Below are positions 1 through 12,704 of a stretch of 64,000 nucleotides of DNA, in pieces; the first letter of the stretch is position 1, and every line of letters begins with the position of its first letter. The notes under the pieces were generated by a model. It saw nothing but the letters and a program-made list of their open reading frames with translations, did no database searches and was not told the origin of the DNA. The stretch is from Eledone cirrhosa (Eukaryota): NCBI GenBank assembly GCA_964016885.1, contig OZ024742.1, forward strand, positions 22,878,001-22,942,000, read 5' to 3'. Both the position numbers and the translations under genes were made by a program.

Positions 1-144
1 TTTGGGAGGGTCACGTTGCCAATAAGAAACACACGCACCAGTTGCTTTCACTTCAATTTATTATAATAAATTTATAATAAATTTATAATTTTATAAATTT
101 CTGGTTGGTTGGTTGGTTCCACAACCAGATAGTTGTTTATATAT

Positions 145-189
145 AGTCATAGTTCTTTCGTCACACACTCTGTGACCTCTTCAGTGACT
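145..189 (-). ncRNA. Minimal type I hammerhead ribozyme in the Penelope pseudo-LTR
   Basis: Minus strand reads AGUCA-CUGAAGA-G-GUCACA(gagug)UGUGAC-GAAA-GAAC-UA^UGACU: 5-bp stem I, intact core, 6-bp stem II, very short stem III. Confidence 0.82.
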
Positions 190-389
190 GGGGATTCCTT
201 TCTTTGTTTCTGTGCCTCTCCTTTGTTCTGTCCTACGCCATTTTATTTCTGTGTGTGTGTTGTGTGCTCAAAGTGCGCATGCGCCACATCCGGGTGTCTG
301 TGTGTGTTTATGTTCATTTATTTATTTGTTTATTTACATGTTACTGGTTGGTTGTTTGTTCTATGTGTGTGTGTGTTTTCATTTTGTCC

Positions 390-1280
390 TTAATTGTAAG
401 TTGTGATGTTGCTGTTCCACTCATATTTTCTATTTAATTTTGGTTGTAATTCTTTTATGTTTATTGCCTCTGTAATTTGTCTAAACATTGCGTCTTTTCT
501 GTGTGTAGATTCTATTTTTATTTCTATGTTCTCTAATTTACCCTTGTGTTGTATTTTAGAATGTTGGTAGAGTACAGATGATTCTTTATTATCTTGAAGG
601 TCTCGCCAGTGTTCATTTATCCGTTCTCCTACACTACGAGCTGTCTCACCTATGTACACTATATTTTTGTCTCTACATTGTCCTTCAGTACATCTTATGC
701 TATACACTACATTTCTAGTTTTACAGTTAATATGGGGGCTTATTTTACAGGTTATACATTTCTTATCTATATATGAGGGGCTTTGAAAAGGGTATATCTT
801 GCTAATACGTGTTTTTACGGAGGTACCTGGTCTTTCTACTATCTTAATATTGAGTTTATGTTTATTTAGGGCCCTTCTAAATTTGTAAGCTAATTCACCT
901 CTAGGGGTTGTATCGATGAACATTACACTCTGGTATTTATTGCTATCATACCATGAGTTTATTCTATTGGCCTTGTTCCTAGTTCTTTCTATTCTATTCC
1001 AAAATTTGCTCCTATACAAGGTGCAGGTCCCATTTATGTCATTATTTACCATTTTTTCCCATTTGGTTCTGGCTCCTCTATACACTCTGATTTTATCTCT
1101 CTGATTGTAGCCAGAGAACTGCATACGGTGGATGAAGTGTTGTATGTGTCTCTCCAGTTCTTCGGGGTTGCACATGCGGGACACATTTCTCATCACCCGT
1201 ACCAAATCCGCAATCAGTATGTTGATTTTGGTATGGTCCGAAACGGCCGAGTTTCGGTGGATCAGATGTTTGGAAGTCAT
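390..1280 (-). pseudogene. 5'-truncated Penelope-like polyprotein fragment (RT C-terminus + GIY-YIG)
   Basis: 296 aa open frame with GIY-YIG motifs; RT catalytic core absent because the element switches strand at about 1348. Confidence 0.88.
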
Positions 1281-1348
1281 GGGTTTGGCATAATGGGAAT
1301 GGAGGATTTGTTTTCTTTTGTTAATGGTATCTAACCAGAGCTCTGTGT

Positions 1349-1546
1349 AGGAACAAGGCTAATAGAATAAACTCATGGTATGATAGCAATAAATACCAGA
1401 GTGTAATGTTCATCGATACAACCCCTAGAGGTGAATTAGCTTACAAATTTAGAAGGGCCCTAAATAATCATAAACTCAATATTAAGATAGTAGAAAGACC
1501 AGGTACCTCCGTAAAAACACTTATTAGCAAGACATACCCTTTTCAA
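1349..1546 (+). mobile_element. Short inverted internal arm of the same Penelope-like element, ending in (TA)n
   Basis: Reverse complement of about 783-981; encodes MFIDTTPRGELAYKF... Confidence 0.88.
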
Positions 1547-1563
1547 ATATATATATATGCATT

Positions 1564-1626
<63 letters not shown>

Positions 1627-2659
1627 ATATTAAATAAATGGAAACTATATTTATAAAACCATATTTTTTCTATTGTATATATTTCAAGGGTACCAAAAAC
1701 ATTCATCAGATAAAATACAAAGAGTGTTTTATAAACTTTGACGTAGCCAAGGAAATCATACCTTATCAGTTGAATTTTCTTGGGTATATCATTAAATATT
1801 TACTCTTGGGTATATCATTGAATATTTCCTCCAGAAAACTGACGAGTGCTCTGAATCAGTTATAAACATTTATATTTGTTGTATTTTCAACAAATTAAAT
1901 ATCCCTTCTACTTATAAATATATATATATATTTATATATACACATATATATGATAAAGAACACAAAAGCGTGTATTTGCATACATAGATACAAACATATA
2001 TAAATATTTACACACATAAATTCATATATACATAGCTGTGTAAATACAAATATGTCATGCATATATATACGTACATACAGACACACATAAATACACATAT
2101 ATACACACGTACGTACGTATACACACATATTCCTAATTATATATATATATATTAATATACAGGGGCAGTGAAACTGGGGGGGGGGGGGTATGACTTACCC
2201 AATAATTATAATAATTTCCCAAACTACCAAAACACATCTACTTGTATATGCGCTACAATTTGTGTACATGTTATGTACAAATGGGAGAGATAGATATAAA
2301 TTTCTATTTATTTGCCACCAGGGCATCAAAGATTGGGACAAATACAAAGGGGGGAGTTTACATACATTTAAAAAGACGTGTAAAAACATATAACAAATTA
2401 AATTTAACAATCGATGTCCTCAATGGGGAGGGGCGTTGACATGGATCTCACACACCCCCGAAAAAATGTGCAACCCTCCTCATCAGGAGCACAAAGAGCG
2501 GGTGCTTCCTTCCCCTTCTAATTCTTCTCCTCTCTCACCTACAAGCTGATATAGAGAGAAGGCCCATTCACTCGGGCCATTCTCGCTACTTTCACCCACC
2601 TTTCATAAATCTTGCTGGGGTAGAGCACCTCTCTCTCCATTCTGATCCTTCTTCTAAAG

Positions 2660-5600
2660 TGGTACTTGAAAAAAAAGACCAGTTGTTAGCCGGAGAGAAA
2701 GGTGTCTGACCTCAGTCCATTCAACCTTGTCCACCATACAACTTCTTTCGCCATAGCTATCACACAGAGGAAAACCGCCTCTCCTTCGTTTTTGAAAGGG
2801 GGAGGCGGTTTGAACGTGACAATGTTCTCGGTGGTCAACCGGATTGGTCCCACCCGCGACAGTAGTAGTTCCACATAGCCCCACATCTAGCAACGCCCGG
2901 GAAGTGTACGAATGCGTGTGCGACGGTTTCCTCGTCACGCACACATCTCGGACAGATCTTCTTAGAGGGGTCCCTACCCGGGCGCCCGTGTCTGTAGAGC
3001 TTGTCCCGAACGGGTAGAGATCCTCGGTAAAATTGCCAAGCCAGGGACTTTTGGAAGTTGTCCATCGGTCCCGGGCCAAACGTCCTACCGAACAGACTTG
3101 TCAGCTCATCTTCCTCCATGCCCAGAGCCTCTCCGAGAGCGTCGTCGCACTTACTGCGCACCAACCCTCTATAGAATGTTGAGGTTGAGTCTCCACTGAT
3201 TGCCGGATCCGCTTGCCAGAGGGCCGTGAGCGCCTGGGCACATTCAATGTGCCAGTCGCCCACTTTTCTCGGTCTTTGCTTGACCCAGGATTGCAGCTCG
3301 GTGAGTGAGACGAGTCTCGGAAAGGCTCGCCTCACAAACAGGGCCCACACCGGCTAACCGGTGAGGAATAGCTGGAGGTGCCGTAGCCTTAATGCGTATC
3401 TACGCATCGTCAGCCACAGCATCCCCAGCCCTCCGTTCGAAGGGTGTTGACAGCAGATGGATCTTCTCACCAAAGGAGCCCGTTTCTTCCAAAGTAATCG
3501 GAAGAGCGCGCGCTCCATTTTGGCGAGTGTTTTCTCTGGGCAAGACACGACGGTCAAGCGGTAGTAGATGACGGACGCTATATAAGCGTTCGCCACCTCC
3601 GCTCGACCTTTCAAGGATAGTTTGCACTCGGCCCACTTCTGGGCAAATGCAAACACCTTGCCCGTTACCTTGTCCCAGTTTTTCTCCACCTGTCCGGTCC
3701 GAACTAGACCCCGAGCATCTTCACCGGTTCCTCCGTCCAGCGTCCGACGATGCCGTCAGAGGGCATCGGTTTGCCCCTCCACGTCCCGAGTTGCAAACCG
3801 ACGGACTTGTCCCCGTTCAGCTTGGCTCCTGTGAACCTTTCATATTCCTCCAGTAAGGTGCCGATCTGCCCGATTTCCGAGGCGCACGACACCATTACTC
3901 TCACGTCATCGGCATAGACCGACACCGCTTTCCGCAATCCCGGTTCCAAGGGGATACCCTGCAACAGCACCAGCTTCCGCAGCAGTGGCTCGAGAGCCAG
4001 GTCATACAGGAGGGAGGAGAGAGGGCATCCCTGTCGGATGGATCGCGTGATTTGGAACGGCTCCGAGAGGTAGCCGTTCACCTTGACCCCCGAGTAGGTT
4101 ATGCTGCTGTGCATTGCAGCAATCCAGCCCCTGAAAACGGGTCCGAAGCCTGCCGCAGCGAGCACCGCATCTAGGTACCGATGGTCAACCCTATCGAACG
4201 CCTTAGATTGATCCAAGTTGATCAGGGCCCCACCAAAGCCGGGTTCGTTCCCTACCCTCTCTACGATGTATCGCATGAGGTGGAGGTTGTCGTGTATGGA
4301 CCTGGACGGGATTGCGCATGTCTGCGCTTCTCCCACCAGGTTCCCGACGACAAGCGCCAACCTCTTCGCTAACACCTTGGCCAAAATCTTTAACTCTGTG
4401 TTTAGCAGAGTTATGGGCCTGAAGTTATCTATGTCATCACCCTTGTTCTCGTCCTTCCTCACCAGCGTGACTACGCCCTTGGTCACAGAACTGGGAATTC
4501 TCCCGTTCTGTTGCCAGTTGCAGTAGACCGCCTCGAGGAGACCGGAGTACAAGCCCGGCATCGCTACATAAATTTCGTATGGTAGACCATCGAGACCCGG
4601 AGATTTGCGTTTGCCGCATTGGCTCAGCACTTCCCCTATTTCAGCGGCTGAAATCGGCCTCTCGCAGGACTTCGCCTCCTCGTCCGAGAGCCGCGCCAGA
4701 CCGTCGAGGTATGGACCGAAATCCATGGCCCCACCCGGCCCACCGCCTCTCCCGAACAGTCGTGCAAAGCGCCGTTGAAAGGCCACGCTCATCCGCTCAG
4801 GTTCAAGGATCACGCGTCCATCCTGGTTCTTCAAAGACCGAATCGTGGACTTGTTTCCACTTTTTGCCTCTGTCACTCGGGCCCAGCTAACAGCTTTAGC
4901 TCCCTCGTTATCCAGAGCACGTATTTTACTCCTGACAACGCAGCCCTCGTGCTTCGCATCAAAGAACTGGTCTAGGACCGTTCTTGACGCCAGCACGCCG
5001 GCCACGTTGCCACTCCTAATCGCCTCTTCTACTCTATCTATTAATTCCCTTTCAGTTCTATTCCTATCTGATGCTAATTCCCGACTAAAACCTATCGATT
5101 CTATTCTAATTTCTCTCTTGAGAGAGCCCCACCACCCGCTGTTGACAATTGCCCCCGTCAACCGCTGCTTAACTAGTGTGCTAATCCGCTTACTGTAAGC
5201 TTTATTTGTCGGTAAAGACAAGTTTAGCTTCCAGTAACCGGGTTCCTGTCTATGAGTTCTATCAAGGTTGACCACTCCGGTCACCAACTTGTGATCCGAA
5301 TAGTCAACCATGAATATTCGTGGACAGCTTAATATGTCCCTATCCTTATTTCTAACTCGGAAACTATCTAGGTACGATCTAGATGTTCCGGTGCGGTTAG
5401 TCCACGTCCACAGTGACACAGTCGGAAAATCTAGTCGATATCTATCGGCCAGATCAAATCGGCCGATTAATCGTTTGAGGCTGTTACACTCCCCTCTATC
5501 GGTACATGCCCCTACATAGTCCCAACGTGCATCCAGGATACCATTCTAGTCCCCCACTAAAAGCAAGGAGCGAGACGTTCCCAGGAAATTCTCCAGGCGT

Positions 5601-5935
5601 TGGAAGATGTCTGGTCGCGGTGTCCCACCTTCACTACTGCCGACGTCTAAAACCACCAGTCGACCCTCCGGGTCCAGGTGTACCTTCTTTGTGGCAAGAC
5701 CCAGGTATTTTCGCAGCAGAAAGACAACCCCACCCCCACCCCTCAGCTGACCAAGAGATGCGTAGATCTCAAAGTCGTTGAAGATGTGGGCCAGTTGGCG
5801 CTCGCTGCTGATCCTGGACTCGCAAATAACCATTACATCCACTCTGTGCGACCTGAGGTCATTTAAGAGTTTGCCCTGTTTCCAGGACATCCCCAGGCCG
5901 CGTGCATTCACACATCCAACTCTTATATTGGCCAT
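2660..5935 (-). pseudogene. LINE ORF2 (APE endonuclease + reverse transcriptase + C-terminal zinc motif), with stops and frameshifts
   Basis: NARGL...ICES, LLVGD, YSDHK, PGYWKLN, KSPGLDGLP, FRPITLLN, LDQSKAFDRV, RQGCPLS, YADDV, CPRC...ETVAHAF across ORFs 5546..5935, 3704..5419, 3354..3689 and 2835..3350. Confidence 0.93.
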
Positions 5936-5976
5936 GTTGGTGCTGAAGAGTTAAAAGGAAGAGGAAAGGAAATTAC

Positions 5977-7779
5977 TTACCTCTTCGTCTCCTGGGGACG
6001 AGGCTGCACAATTTCCATGGGGCTGTTGGAAGGGTTGTTTGGTAGGGTGGTGGTTTGTGGTGGGGTGAGGACATCAGTGTGTGGTGAGATTAGGGTGTTT
6101 GGTGGGGTGTGGGTGTCTGGTGTGGGGGTGGGGAAACATCTCAATAGGACGCTGTTAAGTGGTTTGGTGCAGTTGGTCCCCACATGCATTGGATGGTTCT
6201 TTTTCAAAGTTACATAGGTTTCCGTTGGGACCCTAATCATCATTAGGTGCGGTTTGTTCGCTGCGTAGGTGAAAGTGATCCCTTCGGTTTCCACCGAAGG
6301 GTTATTTTCTATTGCTTTCATCAAAGTTTTATTGTTCTTTTTAATGTATGTATAGAGTTTTAGTTGCGTTGTGTTTGTTTTTGTTTGTTGTTCTTGTGCG
6401 TGTTTGCATTTTGTAGTATGTGTTATGTTTTGGGGAGGGGTGTGTTTTTTTGTTTGTGATGTTTGTTCTGTTTGTGCTGGTGGTTGTGTGTTTGTAACAT
6501 TTTTGTTAATGTGGTGACTTTTTTTTTCCTTTTCACCTGTTGAAAGGGTTCTCCCTCGTCGTCACTGGGTGACGTTGATACGGAGTCCTCTTCCGTGTTG
6601 TTGGGGAGGGGTATATTTTGGGGTTTTGTTGTGGTTGCTTTTGTATTGGTTTTAGGTGGGGAGGGGTTGGGTGGAACAGTGTTTTGTGTTGTTATTTTTC
6701 CGTGTTGTTGTGGTTGTTGTTGTTGTTGTTGTTGTTGTGGTGGTGGTGGTGGTTGTGTTGTTGTGTTTTGGGGTTGGCAGAAGAGCCTTTTTTTGAGGGC
6801 AGGCAGCCCTCAGGTGACCCCTGCTTAAGCAGTGGTAACATGACGGCCGCCTTCCCTCCACTGAAATGTTTATATAAGTTAGCCCGTCCAGAGGCACGCG
6901 TTGTGGGATATTCGCTATTCGTTCTGGGCTCATTTGCACCAGAACTTCTACGCTGGTCCCACCAAATACACCTCCGGAGGACTTTCCTATTGAAATTATC
7001 CTGTCCCTCATCAAAGTCAATGATTCCACATAGTATCCACCAAATATTTACATTTGGTGTGATACTCATGATTTTTATTCTTTGTGTCCTTTTTCCCCTG
7101 TGTGTGGGGAAAAAGGTGAAGCGGGACACATTTGGTTGATACCGAGTATTTTTGTGCTGTTGACTGGTTATTCATTAGCATCGAAATGCTACCAAACAGT
7201 TTTCCTTTTTGTATGAAGGTTATGTCCTTCATTGCATCTTTTAGAACCAGCTCAATTTCATTTTGTGATAATTGAGCTGGTTGTCTTGTTTCGTTCGATA
7301 TTGTCCTGAAAACCACAGTTTTCAGGACAGTCTCTCTACGTAATTCCTGTGGAGAATTGGTGCTAAAAGCACCGTTTTCGCCAAAAGTCACGAATTGTTT
7401 TGCGTCTTGTAGTAGTTGTTTAGCATTTGTTATGTCAATTGGCGTGTATAGTTCGTTTTTTTTTTAGAGTCTGTGCGAACGTTGTTTTGGTGTTGTCGTC
7501 TTTTTTGTTGCTGTTGTTGTTGTCACTGTTGGTAATATTGTTCATGTTTTCCTTGGTGTTGCTATTGTTGCAGTTGTTGGTTGTGGTGTTATTGTCATTG
7601 TTTTTGTTGTTGGTGCTGGTATTATTTACCGGGTTTGGTTTCGGGGTTTCAATATTTTCAACGTTTTTCGATAATGCAAGGGGGGAAGGCTGCAAGATTT
7701 GTATTCCTACCTTCCCTCCACCACTTTCCTTAGTGAACGTGGCACTCATGACAGTGTGCGAGGTTGAAATGGCATCCAT
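5977..7779 (-). pseudogene. LINE ORF1 (gag-like, zinc knuckle), frameshifted
   Basis: CYHCLSRGHLRAAC in 6652..7029(-); Asn/Thr low-complexity tracts; lies directly upstream of ORF2. Confidence 0.78.
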
Positions 7780-7989
7780 TGCTGACTACCAAGTCTATAC
7801 AGTTTTGAGATGAAAATGAAAATTTCGCCCCAGAAAGGGGCGAAAATTAGTTGACTCGACGTCTGAAGGCCCAGGCAAGGGGTTAAACTAAACAATGCTA
7901 TTAAATTGAGCAATGAACTCACATTTTTTTTTTTACAATAATCCGTAAAAATCCGGAGCGAAGTAATTCACGTCTATATCAAGTGCTAA

Positions 7990-8122
7990 TTGATATAGAG
8001 AGTGGATAAGAGAGGAGGTGTATTAGTTTTAGATATAGAGAGGGTAGCGTTTGGGTTTATAGCAAATACAGAGAGGGGGATTAAAAGAGAGTTTTGTGTG
8101 ATAGACATAGAGAGAAGAGACT
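7990..8122 (-). repeat. CTCTCTATATC-type minisatellite remnant at the LINE 5' flank
   Basis: Reverse complement matches the start of the array at 58125-58260 (ctctctatgtctatcacacaaaactctcttttaat...). Confidence 0.8.
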
Positions 8123-8260
8123 GGATATGCGCGACCATTTATGCACCTGTTATGTTTATCGCATATCGACGTTTTCTGGCTAAGTGCAAAGTGCTAAAGT
8201 AATCACTACAACTAAATTGTCCAACCCCTCCCCCCACATTTAGAATGTCTTCCACCGCAC

Positions 8261-8326
<66 letters not shown>

Positions 8327-8327
<1 letters not shown>

Positions 8328-8928
8328 TAGCCAAATTACCCGCGCCTTGCTGCGTTTCACGCATATTTTTTTGTAAGAAAATGATGATTAATTTTAAATA
8401 AGTGATATAATTTATGGAGAAAAACTTAACATTTCAATATTACTCAACGTAATTGTAATGTATGAAAAATTGGAAAACATTACTTTTTTTTAATATATCA
8501 AATAAAAATTACATTATTAAATCTTATTCTTATTTTGTTTCTCGTAAATAATTATTTTCAAAATATCAATTCAAAAATTTTGTGAATAGGCATCATATCT
8601 TGTCATTTACCTATGGTTTAAATTTCATATAAATCGAAAGGGTAAACATTTTCAGCGGGGGTTTATGCTCCCGGGGAACCCAAATAGGGGTTTATCTCCA
8701 ATTGGGGTGTCATATAAATCGAAGAAAAAAAGTTTCGGCGGGGGCATTCAGCGGGGGTTTGAGCCCCGAGGAACCCTTTGATTGAAATGAAATATACTTA
8801 TTCATATACCCTGGGCAATGTAGTTTCAGAATATATATGGTTATGGGGGTCTATCTCCAAAACCATAGGATGAGTTCGTGAACAAACAAACAAACAAACG
8901 GACAGGAACTACAACTTTATATATATCA
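8327..8928 (-). mobile_element. Non-autonomous Helitron-like element
   Basis: Minus-strand 3' end cgcagcaaggcgcgggtaatttggCTAG|t (GC-rich hairpin remnant + CTAG); 5' end tatatataaag...(gttt)n; inserted in a TA tract. Confidence 0.7.
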
Positions 8929-8993
8929 AGCGAAAACCTAATATATCCCTTCCATATACTGTACCGATTGTGTTGTTATTTCTGTTTACCTTT

Positions 8994-9036
<43 letters not shown>

Positions 9037-9256
9037 GGAACAGTTCTGTATGGCGACAGTTTGTGATTTGAACTCGGAAATTTTATATTCTCCGAGTGAG
9101 AAGAACCCTCTGACGAAAGTCTTCTTCTCAATGGATTTCCGCATGGATTATCCATTTATTTTGAGAGTTAAAACCGCGCGGTAAGGGTAATTTTAGCAGG
9201 TACAGTGAACTTTAAAAAATTTATTTAAAAACTTTTTCTTATTTGCTAAACTTTGA

Positions 9257-9318
<62 letters not shown>

Positions 9319-9322
<4 letters not shown>

Positions 9323-9670
9323 GGAAAAAATGAAACGAAATTTCATTTCCCACTCTTAGTACGGCTGTTACTTAAATATAAGTATGTACACGTACATAAA
9401 TATATGTATACAGACGTACAGTAGTATGTATATATATATATATACATACATGCACACATATATATATGTACGTATGTGTTGAACAAACGAGCAACGATGG
9501 TTGCTGGACACTACGGCTTAATACGGGATGTTTGTTTACAAACACACCGAGCATTATAATAAATGTTCGGTGAATCCATACGTACATATATATATGTGTG
9601 CATGTATGTATATATATATATATACATACTACTGTACGTCTGTATACATATATTTATGTACGTGTACATA

Positions 9671-9676
<6 letters not shown>
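9319..9676 (+). mobile_element. Truncated and 5'-inverted copy of the 425-nt hammerhead repeat (ribozyme itself missing)
   Basis: 9319-9475 is an inverted arm like 40377-40508; 9477-9676 matches 40571-40772. Confidence 0.85.
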
Positions 9677-9709
<33 letters not shown>

Positions 9710-9714
9710 GACAG

Positions 9715-9912
9715 ATCGCTCCACTAACACGTGCACCTTTACCATATGCACAAAGGGACTCAGTATGACACAGTGTGAAACAGTATGACAGAGGTTAGCT
9801 CTTTGAATTACAAGTTTAACTCATTGTCGTTAACTGTTTAGACTGGAGCAACGTGAAGTAAAATGTCTTGCTCAAGGACACAACACACCGCTGGGAATAG
9901 AACTCACGATAT
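9715..9912 (-). mobile_element. CORE-type tRNA-derived SINE, degenerate
   Basis: ctggagcaacgtgaagtaaaatgtcttgctcaaggacac is the reverse complement of the CORE-like block; B-box remnant follows. Confidence 0.7.
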
Positions 9913-10031
9913 TAAGACAGTTAAAAACCAGAATCAGCAGACGACGCTCCTTCAAGTATATTTATATATATAGTTAGATAAATCGATACACGCACACACA
10001 CATACACACACATATATATATAGAAATACAT

Positions 10032-10066
<35 letters not shown>

Positions 10067-11170
10067 CACATACAGACACAAGTACTCACACAGCAGATGC
10101 ATACACACATCTCACACACACGCCTACAAACACTCACATACTACACACACACAAACACCACTCACCCACACAAACACGGATGCACATACGCCCAGAGACA
10201 CTCGCACACCAAAGACATACACACACACACACCTCACACATACAAACACACAGATATAAAATTACTCACATATTACACACACATACAGACACACCACTCA
10301 CACAAACAGACAGGTCTACAAACACACATATATACACACACTCCACGCGAAAATGCATATAATATACACATGCACATGGCGTATGAACATGCACCACACA
10401 CATACACACACCTATACAAATACTTGACTTAATAAAGTATAATATTCAATTAATATAGATCTAAGCACTGCAACAAAACCTAAACCAAATTTGAAAACAA
10501 CATTTCTAAAACTAGCATTGATTTAATAACTTATTTCATTGTATTTTCATGGCCTCTACTTCCTCAGGTTCTAACATATTCTAGAAATATGGAAAACAAG
10601 AGATAGGGGAGAAAAATAAATAATAAAACTCTTGTGAAATTAAATTATTCTAATTATTAATAAGATTTTTCTGCACAAATTATATTCACCCTTAACAAAC
10701 AGCAGACATCCACAAATATAGATGGAGTTGATGACTAAACATTTGAATGAAAAACATGACAAGAGTTGCCTTGTTATAAAACTGAACTATATGTGTATGT
10801 ATACATATATATATATATACACACATGCACAAACACACACATACACACACACATATATATATATATATATATGTATGTATAATATATATACTGTATATAT
10901 ATATATGTATATATACAGTATATATATGATACTGGCGTACCTTTTCATTAATATACAATCTCTATCTCTTATTATGCATCTAGTCATTTTTTAATATGAA
11001 TATATATATATATATAATTCTGGCAATATTATTACACAAATATGACCCTCCCCAAGTATAACAATATAACAATATATATATATATATATACGTGTGTTTG
11101 TAAGTATATATATATATATATATACTTATGTAAGTATATGTAAGTATATATATATACGTGTGTTTGTAAG

Positions 11171-11208
<38 letters not shown>

Positions 11209-11283
11209 AACATATATTATCGATATACATAATCATACATTATATATATAATGTATGTTTATGTATATATATATACACACATA

Positions 11284-11324
<41 letters not shown>

Positions 11325-11338
11325 CATTATACATATAC

Positions 11339-11405
<67 letters not shown>

Positions 11406-11477
11406 ATATATTATCGATATACATAATCATACATTATATATATAATGTATGTTTATGTATATATATATACACACATA

Positions 11478-11522
<45 letters not shown>

Positions 11523-11551
11523 CATTATACATATACATTATACATATACAA

Positions 11552-11600
<49 letters not shown>

Positions 11601-11627
11601 GATATATATACATATGTATATATATAT

Positions 11628-11675
<48 letters not shown>

Positions 11676-11948
11676 TGTGCATACTTACAATTTCATTATT
11701 ATTTTCATTATATTTCAGGTTAAGTTTGTTTTCAGAATGGAATTATCTTTTCTCAACTTAATGCGATAAGTTTTACTAAAACTTTTACATTCATAAATCT
11801 TTAGGTTCTATTCAGTTACTCTCACCAATTCACCAACTTTCTCTCTACTTTCTAACACACATACTTTTTGTTACACTTCAGGAATATTTTCGTGAGAGAA
11901 TTGAAATATAAATTTTATCATCATCATCATTATCATTTTGTTGTCAAA

Positions 11949-12135
11949 GGCGTTGGATTGACAGTATTGGTAGAGGGTCGGACGCCATGCTTTGACGCAT
12001 ACAGTTACGGCCCTTGCCATTCTGAGTTCAAATCCCGCCGAGGTTTACTTTGCCTTTCATCCTTACGGGGTCGATAAAATAAAGTACCAGTAATGCAGTG
12101 GTTAATTGTTGGCCCTGTGCCAAAAGTAGAAACGA
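11949..12135 (+). mobile_element. tRNA-derived SINE (Meta-domain type)
   Basis: A-box-like head, B box gagttcaaatccc, body gcctttcatccttacggggtcgataaaataaagtaccag, shared 3' tail. Confidence 0.88.
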
Positions 12136-12289
12136 GATTAATATTAATTTTCTTCTGTGATCGGCAATATAAAGTCATGTTCTAGGGTTGATGTAAGCAC
12201 ATTATCTCTTGCCTCCAAATTTGCTTCAAAATGTTCAAGGTTTGACTGAATTTATCTACATCTAGGATGATTTAGCGTTATTTCTATCG

Positions 12290-12428
12290 CCGGGTTAAAC
12301 CCTCGGCTATTGCTGGTACTCATTTACACATGAGTGTAAGAGTACAACGTGGAATAAAGTGTTTTGCTCAAGAACTCAACGTATTATCTGGTCCAGGAAT
12401 CAATCCATAGCCGCCAGAGCACGCGCCT
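12290..12428 (-). mobile_element. CORE-type SINE fragment
   Basis: caacgtggaataaagtgttttgctcaagaac block, as at 9850 and 59615. Confidence 0.6.
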
Positions 12429-12445
12429 TCCAATATTGCTTAGCC

Positions 12446-12655
12446 AAGGGCGGTGGATTAGCAGTATCAGTAACTCTATGTTGCCTTGCAACATAGAGTT
12501 ACAGCCCTTTACGATCTGAGTTCAAATCCCGCCAAGGTTAACTTTGCCTTTCATCCTTACGGGGTCGATAAAATAAAGTACCAGTCACGCACTGGGGTCG
12601 ATATAATCGACTTTCCCTTCTCCCAAAATTGCTGGCCTTGTGCCTATATAAGAAA
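12446..12655 (+). mobile_element. Meta-type SINE with a 16-bp target-site duplication
   Basis: ccaatattgcttagcc at 12430-12445 and 12656-12671. Confidence 0.9.
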
Positions 12656-12704
12656 CCAATATTGCTTAGCCTGGGCTTGAATTAGTAATAAATATAACTT
12701 TCAA

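Larger units (their letters stand above)
1..1348 (-). mobile_element. Penelope-like element (family A), 3' part: RT thumb + GIY-YIG endonuclease and pseudo-LTR; runs off the window start
   Basis: ORF 390..1280(-) has VVYSIRC...VYIGETARSVGERINEH (GIY-YIG) preceded by a Cys linker; near-identical to 29190-30530(+). Confidence 0.92.
2298..7988 (-). mobile_element. Near full-length L1/Tx1-type non-LTR retrotransposon, disrupted
   Basis: ORF1 pieces with a CCHC knuckle, ORF2 with APE endonuclease, RT and C-terminal Cys/His motif; GC-rich compared with the flanks; ends approximate. Confidence 0.9.
2160..8263 (-). mobile_element. Short non-autonomous TIR element (CAGGGGCAGTG / CAGGTGCGGTG ends) split by a minisatellite and a LINE insertion
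   Basis: 2160-2280 and 8125-8263 are the two halves of the sequence seen uninterrupted at 56758-56957; imperfect TIRs flanked by TA-rich DNA. Confidence 0.7.

Noticed and set aside
133-437. Hydrophobic ORFs repeated at 27576-27908 and 30100-30432
   Set aside because: Antisense frames of the A/C-rich Penelope pseudo-LTR; recurrence reflects repeat copies, not a gene.
10692-11723. Poly-YI, HT and CV ORFs here and throughout the window
   Set aside because: Translations of (TA)n and (CA)n microsatellites.
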